In this document: in pieces, positions 52,862 through 64,000 of the stretch
How the letters are laid out: each line of letters begins with the position of its first letter
How positions within the stretch are numbered: the stretch's first letter is position 1
Assembly: GCA_028023455.1 (NCBI GenBank)
Contig: JAQFVV010000004.1
Span: forward strand, 682,001-746,000
Reading direction: 5' to 3'
DNA length: 64,000 nt
Source: Epiperipatus broadwayi
Taxonomy: Eukaryota; Animalia; Onychophora
Notes under the pieces: generated by a model
What the model saw: the letters and a program-made list of their open reading frames with translations, nothing else
What the model was told of the DNA's origin: nothing
Database searches by the model: none
Position numbers and translations under genes: made by a program

Positions 52862-53444
52862 GGTACTTGTGTATAATTCAACCGATGACGTATTACCCTG
52901 AAGGCATATCAGTCTAATCTTGCGATTTTTAAGATAACGTCTCCAAGTGATCTGCGGACACATGTAATCGCTAAAATGTGTCCGCAGATCACGTGAACAC
53001 GGTACGTTAAAAATCGCAAGATTAGACTGATATGCCTTCAGGGTAATACGTCATCGGTTGAATTATCCAGGTCACATGCTAAAAAATATTCAAAAATGAA
53101 AAATATCTGACACAGGTCAGGCAAATACTAAAAAAAAATAAAAAAAATGTACATGCATGCGTCAAAATATTATTCTCAATTTTAAAATAAACAGATAAAT
53201 AAAACACTTTACCTGAATTAACAGCTCAAATCGCAATAGACAGAAAAATCAAAAAATTTCCCAAACCTCTCTACGAATTTTAAATCTCGCGGGTGAAAAA
53301 AAAAAAAAAATTGACTCTCTGATGGATTAATCACGCCAGTCACTTGGTTACCATGACAATGTTGTCTGTCAAAAAATGTCGATGTCTACCGGAAGGGAAA
53401 TCGGTAAGTCAAAAACGTCATCGGTTGAATTATACACAAGTACC
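52862..53444. mobile_element. Non-autonomous DNA transposon (MITE), Merlin-like
   Basis: Perfect 30-bp TIR GGTACTTGTGTATAATTCAACCGATGACGT (52862-52891 / 53415-53444) and 8-bp TSD GTTTTTTG (52854-52861 / 53445-53452). GGTAC fits the GGNRM terminus and the TSD size described for Merlin. Confidence 0.8.
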
Positions 53445-53452
53445 GTTTTTTG

Positions 53453-54600
53453 CTTTTATTCTGATGTTTCTGATAGTCAGTTATGGTTAATTCATTGTTT
53501 AAAAAATTTTCCCTCTTTTGGCTTAGATAATTTGACATCACAAGTAATCAAAGATAATAATAAAAATTGTATTTTGATTCAAGATTATTTATTTAATCTT
53601 TTTTTGAATATTGGTGTATTTATGGACTATCTAATAGTAGTTGTTATTAAACTCATTTTTAAAAAATGTGATCCATTAGTTTTCAACAACTCTAAGCTCA
53701 TTTCAATCATTTCTGAGTTATTTGAGATTGTAGTCAAAGATAAGATAATGTCATTCTTTAGTACGTATAATGTGATTTTTATGCATCAGTGTGGTTTTAT
53801 TGCTAAAAAGATTATTTTGGATGCTCTTTATAGTCATATATGGGTTGCCATTTTTATTGGAACACCAAACTATTCAGAGCTTTATGAGGAAATGATCTTA
53901 AGATCATAATTATATATTTTGATTTATCTAAAATAATTATTTCTGTTTATCATAGTTTTTTTTTTCAGCGGAGTCATTTGGCTTTATGACTAAAAAGTGT
54001 CTAAAAGACAGAAATCAGTGGCTAAAATTCATGGTGGTGTTAGTGATTATAAATTGCCAATAATGGAGTTCCATGGTGATTTGTGTTTGTTTGTATATCA
54101 TTTTTTATTTATAAATGATATTTTTGCTTTGTTTTTGCATTCAGTGATTTAAGGTTTAGGTTTTGTTGTTGATATTGCTCCTGTCATATAGTTTTTCCTG
54201 ACAAGGTATTATTAATAATAACTGGCTCATACTAAACTGTTTATCCAAATAAAACCCGAGAATTAGTTAAATCAGAGCCTTTTTTTTACATATATATTAT
54301 TTCTATTGTAGATAAGATTTATTGGGTTATTGTTCATAACTATTGCTATTTTGGAATTTTTTATAGATGCTAAATTATCTTGGCAAGTCATATTACTTAT
54401 CTATGTTCTTAGTTATGTCAGATTAATTATTTAATCATTAAGTTAATTTTTGCTTAAAACAGTTGTCTATTTATATAGCCTATTTTTGAAGTGTATTGTT
54501 TTGTAATATCTCTATTTGGATTATTGTAATGATTGCACTCTGTCCTCATTATGCATCCATATTAGCCATATTATTTTAAGTGGATTTAGACTGACTTCTT
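53453..54600 (+). pseudogene. CR1/L2/Jockey-type non-LTR RT relic
   Basis: FKKCDPLVFNNSKLISIISELFEIVVKDKIMSF...HQCGF resembles KKGD...NYRPIS...KIFE...QYGF. A GVP-like segment lies near 54065. Confidence 0.6.
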
Positions 54601-54827
54601 CTGCTCATGATATTTATATTGTAGATTGCTAGTCTAATAAATATAGCAAGTATATATATATATGTGTGTGTGTGTTATTTAGTAATAATAGATACCCAAA
54701 TGCATCATAAAAATAAACCTTTTATATATATAATGTAATTTCAACAACAATGAATGAAATATAAATGTAAAAAGTTTAAGCTTATCCCATTGATACTTTT
54801 TTCCTAATATATCTTACTTAATTTTAA

Positions 54828-55111
54828 TCAGAAGGGAATTACACCCTATACCCTGACACCTCTCTGAGTAGTGCCAAAGCACGAAACCATGGTCAGGGGT
54901 TTGGGGAGGGGTTCCTGACAGAGATATTTTAAGTGCTGGCTCTGGCTAAGCATTTATCACAAAGCTTGTAGAGGAATTGGCAACCCTCATTGTTTATAAC
55001 TTACAAGCTGTTTATAACTTACAAGCTTAAGAGATAGGGTCATGTGATCTATGAACATTATGCTATATATCATGTACATAGGGTGTAATTTCCTTCTGAT
55101 GAAAATTACAC
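54828..55111 (+). mobile_element. Family D HHR-bearing element with 22-bp terminal inverted duplication
   Basis: TCAGAAGGGAATTACACCCTAT (54828-54849) / ATAGGGTGTAATTTCCTTCTGA (55078-55099). Internal 18-bp tandem TGTTTATAACTTACAAGC. Confidence 0.6.
54859..54899 (+). ncRNA. Minimal type I hammerhead motif with G8U core change
   Basis: CCTCT-CTGAGTA-GTGC CAAA GCAC-GAAA-CCATGG-TC-AGGGG. Palindromic ACCATGGT stem III, GUC triplet. Confidence 0.7.
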
Positions 55112-56249
55112 AGGAATACTGCGCTAGTAAATTAAATAGAGAATTACATATCTTACTTAAGTAATATATACTATGTATCTAGGTAGGACAGTAGGGACCT
55201 CTACAAATCTCAACTAAATATATGTGATCAGCTAAAGAATTTTAAAATTAATTAAGCAGAAAATTAGACAAGAGGATGTGCTGTAAAAATAGTTCTCTCA
55301 ATGCAGTGTTTGTCATTTTACATGCAAAAAAAATTATTTTATTAATCATTCTAAGATCATATTATAACTAATCTTCAAAAAGTTATTTTTTTTTTCATGT
55401 TTTCTTATCAAACTTTCTCTTACTGCTGCATCTGTAATCCTTCTCTTTTCTTTAAAATGTAATAAATCTCAGAGGAATAGATAAAAATTGTTATGGAAAA
55501 GAATCTGGTCAATTTGACAGCCATAAAAGGATAATATTTTAAAATATATATAAACTAAATCAGTAATGGTTATTTAGTATAGATATACCTAATGAATAAA
55601 GAAATTATTACATAGCTGATTGTCATACTTTTATTTGTTAATTGCAAAAGAAGTTTAATGCATTGGTTCAAAATTCAGTGTCACTTGCTATTTCATCTTC
55701 CTTTCTAAAACTGAGATTGATTAATAATTGCATATATAAAGGTGAGTCAAACATTATTTACATCAGGCTACAGAATTTATTTTAATCACTTTTCAGAAAA
55801 GACAATTACATCATTTTTCATCATAATCTGGTTTTCAATATACTTTATCCATCTATCAACAAGCTTTTGTATTTCCTCATTAAAAAATATTTTAGGCTAA
55901 GTTGCAAGACACAATGCACTATTGTCTTCACTTCTTCATCAAATGTAAATCATAGGGCTTCTTTCAAGGGACCAAATAGATGACAGCCTGATGGAGCAAG
56001 ATTAGGACTGCAAGGAAAATGCTCCAATGCCTCGAAGGGAAGTTTTTGAAGAATATCGACAATGTAGGAAGCAGGTGCCCTTAGAAAGCAGTTCCCAGTG
56101 TTTTGTCTGAATTATAGGCTTTAGCTCTTCAGTCAGGATTTTACTGTAATCAACACTGTTGATTATTGAATCTTTTTTTTGATAATGTATGTTGATTATT
56201 GAATCTTTTCTTGATAGTATGCCGGTACTTGTTCTTGAGGATATCAGAA

Positions 56250-56846
56250 AGTTGTAAATATCTTGTCATATCTGACCTTGCCTTTAGAAGTGGACTATTC
56301 CAGATTTCTTACCTGATTGGTTAACACCCAGTTGCTATTTAAAGGGATTAAATCCTTTACTGGGATTCACGCACCAAATCCGCATGTTTCTAGTAAGATA
56401 GGGGATCTGCCATTAAATAGTTAACCTTTTGGAAGCAAAGCAGAGAGCAATTACTTCTGTTAACCTGAATGACAGAATGTGCTCTCCATTAAACCTTCTG
56501 CCATCAGCAAAGGTATTTATCTAGTCATTATCATGATGTCCAGAAGCAAGTCCCTATGGACTGGAAACTGCTATGTCCGAATTAGAGCCAACTCGAGGCA
56601 AGCTAAAAACATAGTTGGAAGAATCTTACCAGAGTTCATGATGCAGACTAATCATTTAGCTAGAAGTGAGTTCCGTACTCGGCTCGACTATCTCAGCATT
56701 CACTTGTATCAACTGTATTTATTCGTTTGTTTAACTAACATGTGTATATTTTTGGACTAATAAATTGTACATATTAATTGCTGAGTAGTTATTCTTTTTG
56801 TGTCTGTTGGTTTGGAAATGAACCTGTAGACTAACCAAACACAACA
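56250..56846 (+). repeat. Gypsy 5' LTR (5' boundary inferred)
   Basis: The 3' 329 bp are repeated at 58759-59097. AGTTGT at 56250 mirrors the ACAACA end and adjoins mariner sequence. Confidence 0.65.
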
Positions 56847-58758
56847 GATCTGGCGCAGTCACAGAGAAATTTTTCCTTCACGATTGAAAAAATTATAGAA
56901 TAAACTATGCCAGTTTCAACAAATCTGGTGTAGTCAGACAAACAATTTTTCCCTCACAGCTGCAAAAATTATATTATAAATACACAAGTATGTATTTTGC
57001 ATATTTGTTTTATTATTTTTCTTTTTGAAAAAAATTTATGTTCCCGTAATTTCATTACAGTGATTTTTAAAAAAAAAAAAAAACTACATAAAACTATTGA
57101 ATAAAATTGATCGAAAACATGAAGATGTATTAATTTAAAGCTTCAACCAATCACGAGAGCTTTACTCACAAGATGGTGACAAAAGCTCGTGCTAGTGGTT
57201 TAAAAGCTTCATTGAGTTACTTACAATAATGTAACTGTAAAACCAAAATAATTACGAATGGTTACTCGCATAAATAAATAAAGATGGCTAAAGCAATCAG
57301 CTGTGTGGAACAACCTGAGAGCTGGCCAAATGATAAAGAGCGTATGATTTTTTTTTATCTACAGGCTATCCAGATAAAAAAGCCTGAGGTGAAGTTAGCC
57401 ACACTAATGATCATAATAGGTCCGCAAATGTAAGATATACTCAAGTTTCAATCTATGGCTGAACCCCCAACTGAGCTGGATTTTGATAAGAGTGTTGATA
57501 ATTCTCACAGAGTATTTTTCTCCTAAACCCTTGACAATAATGCAGAGATACCATTTTAATCTCAGCATGCAAGAACAGGGTGAAACAGCTAGAGAATTTG
57601 CAACAGTAATCTGTATATTAGCCTTGAAATGCGATTTCAAAGACTTTATGAATGAAGCACTTCATGATCGTTTTATTTATGGCATAAACGATCACAATTT
57701 GAGGCTGAAAATGTTAATGATTCTGGACCTAGATTTTGAGACAGTGATAGCTCAGGCAGGACTAGCAGAAACAATAGTTAGTCAAGCTAACCCATTATAA
57801 AAACTTACAAAGTATGAAGAACAAAAAAAATAAACCTAACACTGGGTCACCCAAATACACATCAGCTCAGAGAATTCAGCATCAAGTAGCCCATGGATTT
57901 TTTATAGATGCAATGAGCACATGCATACAGAATGTCCATACCGCAAAGCATCATGCACATTTTTTCAAACGAGTCGGACATATAAAGACGGCATGTCTAA
58001 AATTAAAAAAGACAAACAGCCGAGTCAAAAATAGAAACACCTTTTCCTAAAAACAGTAAAAGCACATAAGAAACATAAGCAAGAAGCCTGTATAAACCAT
58101 ACCAGAGATGACAAGTCTGGGTTTATACACACTGTCATAATTAATGATATGCCAGTTAAGATGGAACTTGACACAGGGTCAGCAGTGTCTATAGTTTCAA
58201 AAAAGACCTGGGTGATCATTAATAAAAAGAATAAATATAAAAGTGCAGTCTTGCAGTAGGTCAATATCAGACTATCAAGGGAATAAAATAAAACTTTTGG
58301 GTCAGATGAGTTAAAATTACTTTGCCTAACAAGATGAGACACTTACCACTGGTAGTGGCATCTGCTGATCACAACAACTTGTTAGGCCGAGACTGGTTCA
58401 GTCACTTAGGGTTCAAAATGAACCATCTCACAACATTATCAAAGATGAAGTCTAATTACTCAGAAGACTTCAACAAAAAGCTGACCATGAAAATGGATGG
58501 AAGCTGGAACACCAGAATTACCAGGACTCTGCCAGTGCAGCGCTCCACTCCAAGCACAGTAACAGGTAAGACTCATGCAGAGCTGTTATTCAACAGACCC
58601 TTAAGAACTATGCTATTGACCCTGAAACCTGATGCCAAACTTGAACAAGAAGATAAAAAAATAAAATTTCAAATAGGGACCCAAGTACTATGTCGTATAT
58701 AGTACGGGTCCACAAAATGGATACCAGCAGTGGTGACTCAAATAAAGGGTCTTTATAT

Positions 58759-59097
58759 TATCTAGTCATTATCGTGATGTCCATGCAGTGAGGCAAGTCC
58801 ACCTACAGACTGGAAACTGCTTCATCTGAATTAGAGCTGACTTGAGGCAAGCTAAATACATAGCTGGAAGAGTCTTACCAGAGTTCATGATGCAGGCTAA
58901 TCATTTAGCTAAAAGTGAGTTCCGTACTCTGTTCAACTATCTTGGCATTCAATTTTATCAGCTGTATTTATTCGTTTGTTTAACTAACATGTGTATATTT
59001 TTTGGACTAATAAATTGTACATATTAATTGCTGAGTAGTTGATCTTTTTGTCTCTGTTGGTTTGGAAATGAACCTGTAAGCCTAATCAAATACAACA
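58759..59097 (+). repeat. Gypsy 3' LTR, apparently lacking its 5' part
   Basis: Close match to 56518-56846, fused directly to integrase C-terminal codons. Confidence 0.8.
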
Positions 59098-61699
59098 CAT
59101 CTATTTCATTCACTTTTGATTTTTTTTTTTTGACAGTGGTTGAAGATGTTTCCATTCCATACTCTCCTATTTATTCTGACTCATTGTGATGAGTCCCATG
59201 TTTTTTTATTGTAATATTCTTTTTAAGAAGTTTTTCATCTTTCTTAGAGTATAGGTCCAAAATTTGTTTGCAGATGTCCAAATGCTTCTGTTTATATTCT
59301 TCCATGAGTTGCTTCATTACTCATCTTGCACAAACTTTTCTAAATCCATATCTGCCATGTATTATTGCATAGGTAGAGCCATGTCTGATTTGCAAATGAT
59401 TTGATACATAATCCATTATCATTCGTCTATCCAACAGAATCAATTCATACGATCACTCAATGTTATCATGAGTCATGAACATCGACAGATAATCATTCCC
59501 CGCTTTATGTCTGATACTTGTATGATTTTCTTTGAAATCTATTCACACACACTTCTTCATAATAAAACACATTATTCGTATTATGCATAAACTCTTCAAA
59601 GAATATCACCATGAGACCACAAAAGTGAATCACTGCTTGCTGCTCTTCTTTTCATGCAAATCACAAATGGAGCTACTATTGTTTTTGAACTACAGACATA
59701 TTTGAACTGATATAACATGTTCAGAACTGCACAACAATAACTGGGAAGACAATGACTTCATACATGCTGATAAGACAATGCAGCCAATAGAGATTTTAAT
59801 ATAACCAGAATGCAGATAATTTTTACTCACTTTTATATATAAGTAGGAATAAATATAGTAAAGATAAATTTTTATTTTTTTGTTTATAAATTATATAATA
59901 AATATTTTAACAGGAATTTTGTTCATAAAATTTGAGAATAATTTATGCATTGTATGCTATTGTAATTATAAAGTTGAATATAGATATATTATTAGCTGTC
60001 TATTTCTATTAGTCTCAGATAGGAGCTTTTGTGATTATTTACCCATTTCAAATTATTGATTAGAATTAATACAGATTGTTAACATTGAGAAAAAGATATA
60101 GAAAAGGGATAGTGAGAAGAAGAAAAAAATCATATGATTTTCAGCCAACTTATTCTCATCTCCCCCCCCCCCCATTTGACTCCCATTGATATAATGATTG
60201 TCACTTGCTTTTGATTATAAATATGAATAGCATATAAACATGTTTATTGAAATGTTCTTTATCTTGCAATTACATGTAAAATTTGATGAGGATGAGCATA
60301 AATTTAAAACAATATTTTTAAAAAGCTTAAAAATATTTTAAATATATATTTATACATATTATAATAATAGCAAAAAACACTAATGATAATTTTATCATTT
60401 AATTATAATGCAGTACATTAATTATTTCAAAGATTTTTTTTCCCTAGTAATATATATCTGGAATATATCCTTTCTGAAATTTTATATAACAAATAGTACT
60501 ATTCTTTCTATATTATAATTTCAAAGTATTATACCATTAAACACAATAGTAATTATTTAAACAAAATGTTATTAAAATGTAGAGATTATGCTAGAATGTC
60601 ATCTTTTGATTTATTTTTTTTTAAAACTTAATTTAGAAATTCATAGTTAAAGAATCATCTGTTCATTGTTTAATAAAGTTTTGATAAAGAAATTACATTC
60701 AGAAATAATTATTGGTAACACATTAAGATTTAAAAGTGATACCATCATGGTTATTATAAAATTAATGTTACTTTAGTTTAATTGCCTTGCATATCAGTAA
60801 TTTTAATTACCAGGTATCTATTATCACAACTAGAAAGCAGTATAGTATTTTTTTTTATCCCCCAAATAATGAAATTAAGATATAACATAGTATGACAACA
60901 TTGTGCTTGTGTCTATTAAAGTTTAAATTGGACCATGTAAAAGGAAAATAATGATTACTTGAACTGAGTAGTCTTAATATTTTCTAGGAATATATACTTT
61001 TTTAATTGTAAATTGTTCAAACTCCTCAAGTCTTCAGCTGAAAAAGGAGAATTCATACTTTCTTAAGTAATATTTGCATATATATTCATAGCTTCAAGAT
61101 GTGTTTTGTTTTGTTTTTTTGCCAAACCCATATTCTCTGTAGGTTTCAGGTGGTTACATTTAAAACTTTAAAGTCATATATCAAAAAGTATAAGCATTGA
61201 ATGAAAAAACAATTATATTAAAATTATAATGGATTAATTTATTAACAAATTCAAAAAGTATACCATTGATAAAAATAATGAGTATCCAGTCATTATAAAT
61301 AACACTTATAATAATAACGTAATTTCCAATAAAATTTGTGCTAAATATTTTAATGTTTTATAATCGCTGCCTATATAGATTAATGAATAAATTGAAGGAC
61401 AGTATTTGCAATGAAAACAAAATTAAGTGTACCACATAATCATATGGATATTATGTATGGAGAGTTTATGTATTCTTTGCAGAAGAGATTTAAAGAGCAC
61501 AGTTTTCAGTACAAAAGAATTAAAACAATATTATCAAATGAGCAAATTTCATTTTCTTAGTTTTATAACCAGAAAAATAATTTGTGTTTATAGTTTTAAT
61601 TATGATGATATTGAAATTTTTTTAAGAATAAATTGAACTTTAGAAAAGTAAATTTACAATATACTTTGGATTATGCAACAACGTTTTAATTTATCAAAT

Positions 61700-63050
61700 T
61701 TTTAGTTTGAAAATCCATCATACTTGCAAAAACATATGACCAACTTCACAATATTTCCAAAGCCGTGAAATTTTTTTTGTAAATCTAATGAAGAAAGCTA
61801 TTGTTATAAAGCTGAAAATATTACAAAGTTATATTTTATAGTTCATTGTCACATTTATATATTTTCTTATTGGCAAGTTAAGTGCTTCAATGGGCATAAA
61901 ATAATATTTGATCATATGAATCAATGTATCCAGAAAATTTAATAATCAATTTTTCTCTTAAACAGTCTCATGATGTGGTTTCTCTTTTAATAGATCTTAA
62001 GAAATATCTTTCGAATATAACATCAGGAATTCAATAAGAAAAAATAGCCAAATGTTTATTTCTCACGAGATATGTGAAGTTTGAGAGATTGAACATTGAC
62101 CAGGAATCATTAGTCAACATCATACTTAACTGTAAAAACTTGGTGAATAGAGATAATAATGCATTGTTATCAGGTTAACATAATACTTAAACCAGTAATC
62201 AAAGACATATCGTAAAATATCTACTATATAAAGTAAATAGTAAGCAAAGAAATAACTTTAATACTTAAACTTTGCTATAAATTTTAAATAATTAAAAGTA
62301 TGTAATATTTTAATAAAATATTGACAATGGATAAAGTCAAAAAAAAACAAACATGTATAACTATTTTATTATTATGATATTAGAGAACTTTTTATATCTT
62401 GTACAAATTTAAATTATATAAATTTGAACGGCAATAGGAATATTAAGCCATTTTGCATTGGTAAAATCCTCAATCTTTCACTCATTGTTTGAAAATAATC
62501 TGTAATGGCTTACGTCAATAATTTAAAAAGCTATAAAAAAATAATTTCATCTTCATTTTTCTTTAAGCCAATGTTTGTCTAAAGGCAGTATAAATTTGAG
62601 CTAGAGAATTGTTGTAAAAAATAATTGTGATGTTTAAATAAAATGTTTACACTTTGAGGTAAACCTGCTTTCCTAAAGTGTCCAAAGAGATTGTTTATAT
62701 TTGCCATGTATTCTGCATCTTAATGATTGAGGAAACAAATATCACAATGCAATTTGCCATTTCTAACAGTTTCGCAATTGGGAAAATACAATCTGATGGA
62801 CAAGCTTTTTTTTTTTGATGACCAGATATAAATTCATCCATCTATTATTTGGAAGAGGTGTAAATAATGATTCTTCTGCTTCTAGTGATTTTCTGTTCAG
62901 TTTTTATCTGTGGGACATCATTGCTTGCATGTCATAATATTCACATCAAAACATTGTTTTGAAATCACAATTCAAAAAAATAATTGATTCTGCAAAACTC
63001 ATGAAGATAAGCAATTCAGAATTTTGGACATTGATTTATTGATTTATCAT
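61700..63050 (-). pseudogene. Possible hAT (ZMYM/Tip100-like) transposase relic
   Basis: Manual translation gives Cys-rich CPSDCIFP..CDICF and an F....DET.D.S...L.I..Y...ERF-like stretch. Very decayed. Confidence 0.3.
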
Positions 63051-64000
63051 TGTTTAAGAATTTTGGTATCGTATTTTTAAACATCCTAATAAATAATTTT
63101 TGATTATTAAATGAGGTTTTTTGGAAATAGTCCAAACTATGCTAAGCTTTTTAACTTTTTATACTTTTTTTAATTTGTTCTGGTTTAGAAGGTTTGGAAC
63201 TGTTTTTAAACTTTATTACTACCATATGTTGAAAAATAATATCAATAGCATAGTAATAGTTTGTTTGATAATGGGAGTATGTCATTTAGCCATTAACAAT
63301 TTGGCCTTTTTTAAATTTTGATAATCCATTTTTCTTTTCCTTTTTTTACATGCCTATGAAACTAATATGAATTTTTTATCTTGTATTCTTTCTTAGCGTT
63401 TGATCTATAAAGGAAATATATGATATGCTACCTATCAATTATAGCTAGTACTACTGTTATTTTGTCAAACCCTATAAATATTAATTTATATATTTATATT
63501 GTGTATGTATAAATGAATATTTATTCCCGTAGGTATATATATGAATGTAAATGTGTTTACACATAGTTAAATGTCAATGTATTTTAAACACATAGTTTTA
63601 CAGACATACATTTATGTATATTATTTATGTTGCTTAGCCAACAGTTTGCTTTTTTTTTTTTTACATATATTGTTAAGCTGTTTTTTTATTCTTTGTAAAA
63701 TAAATTTATTAAAAGAAATTTTGATGGTATTTAAACCTATTTATTAGTTTGAATTGGTCACCATACAAGCATATTGGAGGGTATTTTTGATCTCTTATTT
63801 ACGTTTTACATTTTACTTTACATTTAATTATTTTAAAGTAGTTTTGACTTCAAAACAAATTTTAACTTTAAAATTTCGAAATTACTTACCAAACTTTAAT
63901 CATTTTTTGAACCCTACAAGATATATATATGTATGAGTCAATATAAGAATTATGGTCAGTGAATCTTAGATTTGAAATTAAATTACTTACACATTTAAAA

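Larger units (their letters stand above)
56250..59097 (+). mobile_element. Internally deleted Ty3/Gypsy element (gag, protease, integrase tail; RT, RNase H and integrase core missing)
   Basis: Direct repeats 56518-56846 and 58759-59097 both end in ACAACA. PBS-like TGGCGCAGTC at 56851. gag QRYHF...QEQGE...EALHDRFIYG, protease MELDTGSAVSIV and NLLGRDW, integrase TGKTHAELLFNRPLRT. Confidence 0.85.
55733..59839 (-). mobile_element. Mariner element split by a Gypsy insertion
   Basis: N-terminal half at 59110-59700 (GFRKVCAR*VMKQLMEEYKQKHLDIC...SMEWKH). C-terminal half at 55790-56240 (LEHFPCSPNLAPSGCHLFGPLKE). TIRs TATATAAA(G/A)GTGAGT(C/A)AAA at both ends. Confidence 0.85.

Noticed and set aside
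1-64000. CRISPR arrays, rRNA, prokaryotic operons, and the remaining 60-110 aa ORFs as genes
   Set aside because: No repeat-spacer array or rRNA-like sequence was seen. The remaining ORFs are Phe/Ile/Leu/Lys-rich frames expected by chance in AT-rich DNA.

Overview
Very AT-rich eukaryotic (probably invertebrate; inference) DNA with no host exon I can support. The window is a patchwork of decayed transposons. These include three RTE-clade LINE copies, CR1/L2-type RT relics, two Ty3/Gypsy elements, two mariner elements, hAT relics, a Penelope-like (PLE) ORF relic, a young Merlin-like MITE and five copies of a roughly 90-bp tRNA-Gly-derived SINE. The most notable signal is a set of at least four unrelated non-coding element families (called A-D here) that carry minimal type I hammerhead ribozyme (HHR) motifs and fold-back or direct duplications of their own ends. 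That architecture points to non-autonomous PLE or retrozyme-like elements. The best example is a 754-bp near-palindrome (51352-52105) with an identical, core-intact 44-nt hammerhead in each arm, on opposite strands. All alignments and folds were done by eye, so boundaries of old relics are approximate.
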